DNA of 63,966 bases, filler included. It is 7 parts of 7 records of this genome, joined end to end, with 100 filler letters (N's around TTAATTAATTAA, not from the genome) between each part and the next. Parts side by side here need not be neighbours in the genome. Positions count along the whole stretch, not along the records: positions 1 to 16,958 come from SRR20825010_6866; positions 17,059 to 23,384 come from SRR20825010_6867; 5 more parts are not named here. One strand, 5' to 3'. Within the stretch, counting starts at the first letter, position 1, and each line of letters opens with the position of its first letter. A program made the position numbers and the translations under genes. Below the pieces are notes generated by a model, which saw only the letters and a program-made list of their open reading frames with translations, was not told the origin of the DNA and ran no database searches. Shown here one piece after another: positions 9,944 through 20,000 of the stretch.

Positions 9944-11290
9944 GTGAAAATAACTCCTGGACATATCACAATTTTGGGTGCCGGCGAAAGCGGAGTGGGT
10001 GCTGCAATTCTTGCGAAAAAACAAGGCTGGAGCATCTTTGTCTCGGATTTCGGGAAAATTGGCGACGACTTTAAAAAGGAATTGGATCAACTCGGCGTAG
10101 AATGGGAAGAAGGAGAGCATACGTTGGATCGCATTCTTGCTTCCGACTTAATCATTAAATCACCAGGAATTCCAGAAAAGGCTTCGGTAATGAAAGCAAT
10201 TCGAATCAAAGGAATTCATGTGGTTTCTGAAATCGAGTTTGCAGGATACTACAACACAGCCAAAACGATCTGCATCACGGGAAGTAATGGTAAAACAACA
10301 ACGACTTTGATGACGCATCATATTCTGAAAAAAGCAGGATTGAACGTCGGATTAGCAGGAAATATCGGAGATAGCTTCGCAAAGCAAGTAGCTGAAGAAT
10401 CCTTCGATTGGTACGTGCTCGAATTGAGCTCTTTCCAGTTGGATGATATGCACGAATTCAAAGCGGATATTTCTGTTTTGATGAATATCACCCCAGATCA
10501 TTTGGATCGCTACGATTATCAAATGCAGAACTATGTGGATTCTAAATTCCGCATAATTCAAAACCAAACAAAAAACGATTGGTTCATCTATAACCTCGAT
10601 GATCCAATTATTAAACAAGAGATCGAGAAAAGATCAATTCCCGCTCAACTCGCACCTTTTTCTCTAAAAGAAGAAGTTGCAAACGGAGGTTACGCAAACG
10701 AAGAACAACTAACAATAAACATAAATAAACAACAACTCACAATGGGAATTCACGAATTAGCACTCAAGGGTAAGCACAATACCCAAAATTCATTAGCATC
10801 TGGAATTGCTTCTCGAATTTTAGAAATTAGAAAAGACGCAGTACGCGAAAGTTTAACGGACTTCGTAAATGTTGAACATCGCCTCGAGTTTGTAGCGAAA
10901 GTACACGGGATCGAATTTATTAATGATTCAAAAGCTACAAATGTTAATTCAACATGGTTCGCATTAGAATCAATGGAATTGCCAACTGTTTGGATCGTTG
11001 GTGGAGTGGATAAAGGAAATGATTATTCTGAATTGGAAGCGCTTGTCGTGGAAAAAGTAAAGGCGATTATTTGCCTCGGAAAGGATAACTCTAAAATCAT
11101 CGAAGCGTTCACAGGAAAAATTGAAACAATCGTTGAAACAACATCAATGGCTGAAGCTGTTGCTTGGGGATACCAACTCGCAAAAAAGGACGAGAACGTA
11201 CTTCTTTCTCCAGCGTGCGCAAGTTTCGATTTATTCGAAAACTACGAAGAACGTGGGAATGAATTTAAGAATGCAGTAAGATCTTTATAA
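9944..11290 (+). CDS. murD: UDP-MurNAc-Ala--D-Glu ligase
   Basis: Motifs GSNGKTTT, ELSSFQL, DHLDRY, NDSKATN and SPACASFD. Confidence 0.97.
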   Translation: MKITPGHITILGAGESGVGAAILAKKQGWSIFVSDFGKIGDDFKKELDQLGVEWEEGEHTLDRILASDLIIKSPGIPEKASVMKAIRIKGIHVVSEIEFAGYYNTAKTICITGSNGKTTTTLMTHHILKKAGLNVGLAGNIGDSFAKQVAEESFDWYVLELSSFQLDDMHEFKADISVLMNITPDHLDRYDYQMQNYVDSKFRIIQNQTKNDWFIYNLDDPIIKQEIEKRSIPAQLAPFSLKEEVANGGYANEEQLTININKQQLTMGIHELALKGKHNTQNSLASGIASRILEIRKDAVRESLTDFVNVEHRLEFVAKVHGIEFINDSKATNVNSTWFALESMELPTVWIVGGVDKGNDYSELEALVVEKVKAIICLGKDNSKIIEAFTGKIETIVETTSMAEAVAWGYQLAKKDENVLLSPACASFDLFENYEERGNEFKNAVRSL

Positions 11291-11291
11291 A

Positions 11292-11768
11292 ATGAAAGAG
11301 CAGAAAATAGAAAAATCCATTCAGGATCAGCTGCTCGACGCGCGAAATGAAGCGCTGAAAAACCAAGATGTGCATCAGTCGATACGTGCGCACGGAAAAG
11401 TTGTGGGAATGAATACCTTTTCATGGATTCATCCTCAAGTAGATGTGCTCGCGAAAACAATTGAAGCTTTGCCGTTTCAATTAACATGGATTGGATGTGT
11501 TGATCAGGTGATTGAATTGGCTAAAAACTATCCTGATGTAGCGGAGAAAATTCGTCTTGTGGTCGTGTATGATTCAAGCGAACGAAACGCTGAAGTCAAC
11601 GCAATTAGTGAACTTAAAAATGTTCTGTGCATTGACGATCTCTATTCAGGGTTGAACTTTATTCGATTGTCGAAAAAGGAAGGTGTTAGTTTGTTGTTTA
11701 CTTCCGATTTGACCGATTGGCAAGAGCGTCTTGATCAGTTTGAAATGTACATTTCTAGCATAGGATAA
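11292..11768 (+). CDS. Hypothetical protein resembling a degenerate MurD C-terminal domain
   Basis: Tightly packed between murD and ftsW. Aligns by eye to the last ~160 aa of the adjacent MurD (see findings). Confidence 0.6.
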   Translation: MKEQKIEKSIQDQLLDARNEALKNQDVHQSIRAHGKVVGMNTFSWIHPQVDVLAKTIEALPFQLTWIGCVDQVIELAKNYPDVAEKIRLVVVYDSSERNAEVNAISELKNVLCIDDLYSGLNFIRLSKKEGVSLLFTSDLTDWQERLDQFEMYISSIG

Positions 11769-11774
11769 ATTTAA

Positions 11775-12947
11775 ATGCAAAAAGTCCTCACATATCTAAA
11801 AGGTGATGCCGTAATCTGGGTCATTACACTGTTGATGCTTGCTTTCTCATTGGTGAGCGTCTACAGTTTTGTGCCTATTTTGATTAAAATGGAAGGGGGT
11901 ACGCCGTTCAAGTATCTCTTCAAACACCTCATTTATGTTGGGCTCGGACTTGCAGTAATGTACTGGATTCACAAAAAGGATCCAAAATATGTCTCGCAGT
12001 TTTCAAAAGTGGGATTTTACATGGCTGTGGGATTGCTCATTATTACGTTTTTTTCTGCGCACGATGTCAATAACGCCAAAAGATGGGTAAAGATCCCGTT
12101 TGTAGGACTTACGTTTCAGTCATCGGATTTTGCAAGATTGGCCCTAGTGGTCTATGTGTCTCGACTGCTCGTTAAGAAAAAGGACAAGTTTAAAGAGTGG
12201 AAAGATGGCTTCTTACCGATCGTCTTCCCAATCATAATAATTTGTGGATTAATTGTAAAGGATAACTTCTCTACAGCAGCGATCTTGTTTGCAGTTAGCT
12301 TAGTACTGCTCTTTTTGGGGAAAGTGCCGTTTTTCAAAGTGTTAACGTTAATCGGCGGAGGGATTGCCACGCTTGGTTTAGTAATTACCATTCAATTGGC
12401 ATTGCCGGGTGTAAAGATTTTACCGCGATTAGAAACATGGATTAATAGAATGGTTAATAGTGTTCAAGATGAAGCAAATGTCATCGAAAACGCGCAAGTC
12501 CTCAATGCAAAACTAGCCATCTACAACGGTGGACCGTTTGGGCAAGGTGTGGGAGATGGAAAGTTGAAAGAATACCTTCCGGAAGCCTATGCGGATTTTT
12601 ATTACTCAAGTATGGTGGAGGAGTTTGGACTTCCAGCTGCGTTTATTCTAGCGTTGTTTTACTTGATTTTACTGTATCGAGTCATGCGGATTGGATTGAA
12701 CTCCAAGAATATGTTCGAAACCTATGTCTGTGTTGGCATTGGAGTGCTAATGCTCAGTCAAGCGACGGTGAACATGCTTGTCTGCACAGGCATTTTCCCA
12801 GTTACAGGACAAAATATGCCGCTTCTTGCAATGGGAGGTTCTGCTTTAATCATGACCTGCGTAGGGTTAGGGATTGTGCAAGGGATTGCGAGAAAGCAAA
12901 ATAAACTAGAGAAAAAGGAAGATTCAGCAATAATGGAATCCGAATAA
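11775..12947 (+). CDS. ftsW: SEDS peptidoglycan polymerase FtsW
   Basis: Polytopic membrane protein with AKRW, FQSSDFA, LPEAYADF, EEFG and PVTGQNMP. Confidence 0.93.
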   Translation: MQKVLTYLKGDAVIWVITLLMLAFSLVSVYSFVPILIKMEGGTPFKYLFKHLIYVGLGLAVMYWIHKKDPKYVSQFSKVGFYMAVGLLIITFFSAHDVNNAKRWVKIPFVGLTFQSSDFARLALVVYVSRLLVKKKDKFKEWKDGFLPIVFPIIIICGLIVKDNFSTAAILFAVSLVLLFLGKVPFFKVLTLIGGGIATLGLVITIQLALPGVKILPRLETWINRMVNSVQDEANVIENAQVLNAKLAIYNGGPFGQGVGDGKLKEYLPEAYADFYYSSMVEEFGLPAAFILALFYLILLYRVMRIGLNSKNMFETYVCVGIGVLMLSQATVNMLVCTGIFPVTGQNMPLLAMGGSALIMTCVGLGIVQGIARKQNKLEKKEDSAIMESE

Positions 12948-12957
12948 ACAATAAAGA

Positions 12958-14055
12958 ATGATCAAACGTGCAATAATATCAGGTGGAGGAACAGGTGGGC
13001 ATATTTTCCCAGCAATTGCTATTGCAGATGAAATTATGTGTAGGAATCCTGACGCCGAAATTTTGTTCGTCGGTGCGCTTGGTAAAATGGAAATGGAAAA
13101 GGTGCCAGCCGCAGGATATAATATTGAAGGCTTGCCAATTGTTGGGTTTCAACGGAAATTTAGCATGGCAAACTTCGCGCTTCCATTTAAGATCGTTGGA
13201 AGTATGATCAAAGCCCGTCGAATCATTAAAAAATTCAAACCAGAAGTAGCTGTTGGTGTGGGTGGATTTGCGAGTGGGCCAACACTTAAAGCAACAACCA
13301 TGTTAGGCATCCCATCGATGGTGCAAGAACAGAATTCATTCCCAGGAAAAACGAATAAGATTTTATCCAAGAGTGTTCAGAAAATCTGCGTAGCGTATGA
13401 AGGATTGGAGCGCTTTTTTCCAGCGGAGAAGATTGTGTTGACAGGAAATCCAACCCGTAAGGAAATGGTTTCCATCGAAGGAAAGGAAAAAGAAGGGTAT
13501 GAATTTTATCAGTTCGACGCTTCTAAAAAAACCATTTTGATTATCGGTGGAAGTTTGGGTGCTAGAACATTGAATGAAAGCGTCATCGCGGAATTGGATA
13601 AATTAAAAAGTGCCGATGTTCAAGTTCTTTGGCAGTGTGGAAAATTGTACCACGATAAGCTGAAAGAAGAATTGTCGAATGTGGACCTCGGAGCAATAAA
13701 GATGGTGCAGTTTATCGAACGAATGGATTTAGCGTACGCAATATCAGATGTTGTGATTTCTCGCGCTGGAGCAATTTCGGTTTCTGAATTGTGTTTGGTG
13801 CATAAACCAACCATACTTGTGCCGTCTCCAAATGTTGCTGAAGATCATCAAACGAAAAATGCTATGGCGTTAAGTGAAAAGGGCGCAGCTATTTTGGTGA
13901 AGGATGTGGATAGTAAATCGGAATTAGTGGATGTCGCGCTGGCATTGTTAAACGACGAAGCGCACAGAAACAAGCTGATAAAAAATATTGAGCAATTGGG
14001 GAAGCCAAACGCGACCGCAGAGATTGTAAATGAACTAGAAAAAATGATTCGCTAA
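12958..14055 (+). CDS. murG: Undecaprenyl-PP-MurNAc-pentapeptide GlcNAc transferase
   Basis: Motifs GGGTGGHIFP, GGSLGA, SRAGA and HQTKNA. Confidence 0.97.
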   Translation: MIKRAIISGGGTGGHIFPAIAIADEIMCRNPDAEILFVGALGKMEMEKVPAAGYNIEGLPIVGFQRKFSMANFALPFKIVGSMIKARRIIKKFKPEVAVGVGGFASGPTLKATTMLGIPSMVQEQNSFPGKTNKILSKSVQKICVAYEGLERFFPAEKIVLTGNPTRKEMVSIEGKEKEGYEFYQFDASKKTILIIGGSLGARTLNESVIAELDKLKSADVQVLWQCGKLYHDKLKEELSNVDLGAIKMVQFIERMDLAYAISDVVISRAGAISVSELCLVHKPTILVPSPNVAEDHQTKNAMALSEKGAAILVKDVDSKSELVDVALALLNDEAHRNKLIKNIEQLGKPNATAEIVNELEKMIR

Positions 14056-15426
14056 GTGAACTTATCTCAGCTAAATATCGACCAATTTAATCGTGCCTAT
14101 TTCATCGGAATTGGTGGAATTGGAATGTCTGCGATTGCGCGTTATTTCAAATTGAAAGGATGGAACGTTGCGGGGTATGATAAAACGCCGTCATTTCTTA
14201 CCGACGAACTCGCTTCCGAGGGAATAGAAGTTCATTTCGAGGATTTAGGACAGATTCCAACAGATTTTCAAGACGTGAACAAAACATTGGTCATTTACAC
14301 GCCAGCGGTTCCTAAAGACATGAAGGAATTGTGTTTTGCTCAAGAACATAACTTTATTGTGCTCAAGCGTGCTCAAATTCTAGGCTTAATAACACGGAAT
14401 TCTAAAGCGCTTGGGGTTGCAGGAACACACGGAAAAACGACCACAAGTACGCTTTTAGCGCATATCTTAAACGAATCTTCTTTGGGATGCAACGCATTTT
14501 TGGGAGGGATAGGAACCAACTTCAATTCCAATTTTGTAAGTCACGACAGCAGTCCATACACTGTAGTGGAAGCCGATGAGTTTGATCGCTCATTTTTACA
14601 ACTTCGGCCTTTTGCTTCCATTGTTACATCTACAGATGCGGATCACTTAGATATTTACGGAGATTCCGACGTTTTTCAGCAAGGATTTAAAGAGTATGTG
14701 GATTTAATTGACCCAGATGGGTTTGCGATTATTCAAGCCGATTTAGCACTTCAACCAAAAAATAAGATCACGTATTCCGTCACTTCGAAAGCAGATTACC
14801 AAGGAGTAAACCTTCGCTTTGAAGAAGGAAAATTTCTAATCGACATTCAAACACCAACAAGCTTGTGGGAGGAAGTAGAATTAGGAATCCCTGGAATCCA
14901 CAATGCAGAAAATGCGTTGGCATGTGTTGCTATGGTGGAGCAGTTAGGATTGGAACAAGCGGAGATTCGTGCTGCGTTGAAATCCTTCAGAGGGGTTAAG
15001 CGACGATTCGAGTACCATGTGAAGACACCAAGTTTGGTTTATATTGATGATTACGCACATCACCCAACTGAACTCAAAGCATTAATTGATTCTGTGCGAT
15101 TACTCTATCCTGAGCAAAAAGTAACTGGAATTTTTCAGCCGCATCTTTTTACACGTACGCGTGATTTCTTGGACGGTTTTGTGGAGCAATTAAGTCGTCT
15201 TGATAAACTGATTTTACTCCCTATTTACCCAGCACGGGAATTACCTATTGATGGAGTTTCCAGCGATATTCTTTTAAGTAAAATATCTCTTAACGATAAA
15301 AAAGTGCTTTTACGAGAAGAGGTCTTGGAAGAATTGAAAGGAGAGCAAAGCGGGATTATTCTGACAATTGGCGCGGGAGATATCGATAGAATTGTTCCCC
15401 TAATTTCAAAACAGCTCACGGTATGA
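14056..15426 (+). CDS. murC: UDP-MurNAc--L-Ala ligase
   Basis: Motifs GIGGIGMS, GTHGKTTT, EADEFD, DDYAHHP and FQPH. Confidence 0.97.
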   Translation: MNLSQLNIDQFNRAYFIGIGGIGMSAIARYFKLKGWNVAGYDKTPSFLTDELASEGIEVHFEDLGQIPTDFQDVNKTLVIYTPAVPKDMKELCFAQEHNFIVLKRAQILGLITRNSKALGVAGTHGKTTTSTLLAHILNESSLGCNAFLGGIGTNFNSNFVSHDSSPYTVVEADEFDRSFLQLRPFASIVTSTDADHLDIYGDSDVFQQGFKEYVDLIDPDGFAIIQADLALQPKNKITYSVTSKADYQGVNLRFEEGKFLIDIQTPTSLWEEVELGIPGIHNAENALACVAMVEQLGLEQAEIRAALKSFRGVKRRFEYHVKTPSLVYIDDYAHHPTELKALIDSVRLLYPEQKVTGIFQPHLFTRTRDFLDGFVEQLSRLDKLILLPIYPARELPIDGVSSDILLSKISLNDKKVLLREEVLEELKGEQSGIILTIGAGDIDRIVPLISKQLTV

Positions 15427-16223
15427 AAAGCTGGTTGAAAATAGCGTTGTGGAGCTTCTTTGGAGTCTTGTTAATCGTTTTGATCGTTAGTGTAACGAAT
15501 TATCAAAATAGACGGATAATGAACGCGCCTGAAATTACGTTGAAAACAGACGTCGAGCATCCATTCATTTCGCCAGAAGAATTATTGAGAAGAATCAAGA
15601 ATAAAGGACTCTGGAGAGAAGGAATGCCAAAAGAAGAGTTGGATGTCGCAGCGATAGAAGCGTTGATTACAAGTTATTCACAAGTCAAAAGCGCGAAGGT
15701 TTTTACGAATATAGGAGACACTTGGGAAATAGAAGTAGAGCTTCGGACACCTATCGCTAGAATCTTCAATAAGTTTGATGAATCGTTTTACCTCGACGAA
15801 AACGGGGAGATTGTACATACAACTCCAACGCATACAGCTCGCGTTCTGGTGTTTACCGGAAACATCAATGATAGGATTTCCAGTGTCTCCGTAAGTGACA
15901 TTATTAACAACGATTCCTTGAAAAGTATTCAGAAACTCGATGAAATCTATCGAATTTCCAATTATGTTTGTCATAATCCCTTATTACATTCACTTATAGG
16001 TCAAGTTCACCTGGAAAAGAATGGCGATTTTGTGTTAATACCACTGGTTGGGGATGTGAAGATTGTACTGGGTACAGCAGATTCAGAGGAGGAAGTAAAG
16101 ATGAAGTTTGAGAAGTTGTGTATTTTTTACAAAGAAGCCATGCCAAACGTTGGCTGGAATAAGTATTCGGAAATTAGCCTAAAGTTTGATGGGCAAATAG
16201 TGTGTAAGACCAAACCAGTCTAG
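15423..16223 (+). CDS. ftsQ: Cell division protein FtsQ/DivIB
   Basis: N-terminal TM, a POTRA-like segment and a Bacteroidota-type C-terminus (YSEISLKFDGQIVC); lies before ftsA. Confidence 0.85.
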   Translation: MKSWLKIALWSFFGVLLIVLIVSVTNYQNRRIMNAPEITLKTDVEHPFISPEELLRRIKNKGLWREGMPKEELDVAAIEALITSYSQVKSAKVFTNIGDTWEIEVELRTPIARIFNKFDESFYLDENGEIVHTTPTHTARVLVFTGNINDRISSVSVSDIINNDSLKSIQKLDEIYRISNYVCHNPLLHSLIGQVHLEKNGDFVLIPLVGDVKIVLGTADSEEEVKMKFEKLCIFYKEAMPNVGWNKYSEISLKFDGQIVCKTKPV

Positions 16224-16248
16224 AATTAATAGACGCAAGGAAGATACA

Positions 16249-16958
16249 ATGAGTAAGATAATTGTAGGATTAGATATTGGAACAACAAAGATTGCATGTT
16301 TTGTAGGACGTAGCAATGAACACGGTAAAATTGAGATTTTATCGATGGGGAAAACAGAGTCCCTCGGTGTGATGCGTGGAATGGTTTCAAATATTGATAA
16401 AACTATTCAATCAATTACTGGTGCCGTTGAGGAAGCTCAAAATAGAATAGACGGTGAACTAAGAATTAATTCGGTAAACGTCGGAATTGCTGGTCAACAC
16501 ATAAAAAGCATTCAACATAGAGGAATTTATACGCGTACAAACGTAGAGAATGAAATTTCTCAAAAGGATATTGATCACTTGGTGGATGACATGTACAAAA
16601 TGGCAATGCCTCCAGGAGAACAAATTATCACAGTTCTGCCTCAAGAATACATCATCGACAACGAGCAAGGAATTAAAGACCCAATCGGAATGTCAGGTGT
16701 GCGTTTAGAAGCAAATTTCCATATAATTACTGGAAACGTTGGCGCATCAATGAATATTCATAAATGCGTTGAGCGAGCTGGACTAAAAGTGAAAGACATT
16801 ATACTTGAGCCTATTGCTTCTGCAGATGCCGTTTTAACAGACGAAGAAAAGGAGGCAGGAGTCGTATTGGTTGATATCGGTGGTGGAACAACAGACGTGG
16901 CTATTTTTCATGAAGGGATAATTCGCCATACTGCGGTAATTCCTTTCGGTGGAAATGT
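16249..16958 (+). CDS. ftsA: Cell division protein FtsA (3' truncated at contig end)
   Basis: Actin-like ATPase motifs GLDIGTTK and DIGGGTTD. Confidence 0.95.
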
Positions 16959-17058
16959 NNNNNNNNNNNNNNNNNNNNNNNNNNNNNNNNNNNNNNNNNN
17001 NNTTAATTAATTAANNNNNNNNNNNNNNNNNNNNNNNNNNNNNNNNNNNNNNNNNNNN
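16959..17058. other. Artificial contig linker
   Basis: 44 N + TTAATTAATTAA (stops in all six frames) + 44 N. Confidence 0.99.
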
Positions 17059-17060
17059 AC

Positions 17061-20000
17061 CCTGAGCCCCGTCTGTATCTTTTGAAATATGACGCCAGCA
17101 CTGGATGGGACGACTTGGGGTATGATAGCTTCACGGATCCTCACCGAAGTACTTTAAGTGCTGCGTCTTATCTCAAGCTGGTGATTGATGAAAATGATTT
17201 TCTACACCTTGGCACAGTATCCGATCAAGCTTTAATTTATCAGAGATTCGCTTCAGATGGCACATTGATAGAAGGTGGCACGAACTCTGATAGCGGCTTG
17301 GGGCTTAACATACCCTTTATGGGGAGTTTTAGCAGGAATAATTTTTTCGGACTTGGTGCAGCCGGTGAACCCATGTTCATTGTCAAATCAGGTTCCAGCA
17401 GCATCAGCTCGGTAGTATATGAAGATGGAGCGATCAGTCTGTTCAATGAGCAATACATTACCGGAAGTGATCCTGGGTCTTTCCCAAGCTTTTTTTGTTC
17501 CATTGATCAGCAAACGGGCCAGCCTTACGTGGTTAAAAATGGAATTGGAAATAATGTGGCATATACGATGCAAGGGATATCTCCAGAGCTATCAGTAACA
17601 TTTGATGGCGATCCACTTGAGAGAGGAGCGAACTGGCCAATACAAACCGGAGTGGGAACGTCATACGAATTTGATATGATTGTCTCTAACTCAGGTTTTA
17701 CCAATTTACATCTCACAGGTGACCCGCTACTAGCTATCACAGGTGATCAATCTGCAGAATTGAGTTACAATGCAGATGAATTACCATCTATTTTAAAGAT
17801 TGGAGAAAGTGTAACCATACCAATCACATTTGCACCAACAACCATTTATACAGATAGCGAATTGATGGTGCAATTGTCTACAAATAGTCCGTTTGGAGAT
17901 TTTGAATTTACAATATCATTAAGTTCATTAGATGATACCAACACCGGAGAATGGACTCTTCACACGGATATAATTGATCCGCCCTATACCGATGTAGATA
18001 TGCGTATTGGGAAAAATGGGCAACCTGTTTATACCTACAATACCTATCAGACCATCGTATATCCATCAGGACCCAATGCAGGGGTGACTATTCCCTATGC
18101 GCGCCTGGAAACATATCAAGGATATTCGGGAACCAATACTTTTGATCCAGATATTCTGAACGAAAACATCAATTTGGGTACAGCCTATCCGTTGACTGAT
18201 TACTTTCCGCAGATTCAGTCTCTGGTAAACCCGACAAATAATTTAAACTACTTCGCTTTTGGAAGAATATCGAACGGCATTGTACCAACGCTATATAATG
18301 TTAATCAGGTTGCCGGGCTCAGTGTGGCAGATTATGCATATTCTCTTGCGGGAAGAGCAGATTTTGAATTTGACGAAGAAGGAACTTCCTGGTTCCTTGG
18401 TATTGGGGATGTCTCACCGGGTTACATTCACATTGCCGCAGCACAAGCCGGAGAGCAAAATATTACATTTAGCGGAACAAGCAGAAATTCCAAAGACCTT
18501 GACTTAGAGATTACACCTGACTTCATGTACTCTATGACGCAGGAACATGGCCAATCATTGGGCTATAAGTCACCAAGAGGGACTCATTCAACTGATCAAG
18601 GCGCAGTGACATTTTTGGGTTCAAGTAGTAATCAGCTTCGAAATGGTAACTACTCTGATGAGACCCACAACAAAGACATAGAGCTGTTTGATGGCACAGC
18701 TTACACGGCTTGGATTACTTCAACAGGAGGAATACAATTCTACGAAAACACCTTTTTTGTATCAGCTCCTAGCGCAACGAACGTTATCGATTTGCAGCTA
18801 CAAATCCACCCGGATGGTACTCCATACATTGCCTATATAGAAGATCTGGGAGCTAACCAATTCCCTGTTTCCGTGATTAAGTTGGTAGATGGTGTTTGGG
18901 AGACCGTAGGTGAGCCAAGGTTTTCATATGGTGATTATAATGATCAACATTCAGGATTGACTAATGCGCCTACTAGACCAGCACTGCGAGCGGCTTTCCA
19001 AATCAATGATTTGGGTCAGCTTTTTGTTTTCTACGGTGATATTTATTCAGTTACAGAAGCACCGGAAACGTTCAATCATCCACCTGCCTTCACTTCTACA
19101 CCAGTCACAGAAGTGAACGAAGGAGAAGAATATAGCTATGAAATAGCAGCATCGGATAGTGATTTGGACGCTTTGACGTTTGGCACTGTTGATCTGCCCG
19201 AATGGTTGGCATTTACGGATAATGGAGACGGTACTGCTGAGATTTCCGGTACGCCAACAGACGAGGATGCTATTGAGTATTCGTTTTCATTAGCTGTTTC
19301 GGATGGAAGCCTCACTACTTCTCAGGAAATCACGCTTACAGTAAACGACCTAAATACTGTGCCTTACTTCGATCAACCTGTAGCGACGCTCACAATCGAT
19401 CAGGACGCGGAACTTCAAACACTTGAATTGACAGGCTTGTCTGATGGAGATTTCCATTTGGAGCAAGCTCTTTCGTTTGAGGTGGTAAGCGACAATGAGT
19501 TTTTATTATCATCCTTATCAGCAATAGCTAATGAAGATGGTACAGGCTCTTTGCTATATCAACCCGCAAGTGGGGAATCAGGAGTTGCTATTATCACCCT
19601 GACTTTGCTGGACGATGGCACACCGCAGGAGTCAATTGCTTACGACATAGAAATTACCGTCAATCCAGTGACCGACCCCAATGCAATTGTCGTCACGAAC
19701 ACCAATGACAGTGGAGAAGGCTCTTTAAGAGCGGCTATCATAGCTGCCAATGAAAACCCTGATCATAACGTGATTGATCTTAGGTTCATTGAGGGCACTA
19801 TAGCCTTGGTAAGTTCCTTGCCAGCGCTTACTACGAATATGGATATTGTAGGAACCGATGCTTCACCAGTGACAGTTTCAGGTGAAAATGCCCATCAGGT
19901 TTTTTATGTAACATCAGGCAATGTCCTTCTCAAAGGATTTAAAGTAGCCAATGGATTGAACAGAGGAGGAGATGGCACTCAAGGTAGTGGAGGCGGAGGT

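Noticed and set aside
7236-16958. Absence of murF, murB and ddl from the dcw cluster
   Set aside because: Usual Bacteroidota arrangement; these genes lie elsewhere.
17003-17014. Recurring TTAATTAATTAA palindrome (six copies) as a biological repeat or CRISPR-like element
   Set aside because: It is always centred in N runs; a synthetic six-frame-stop spacer.
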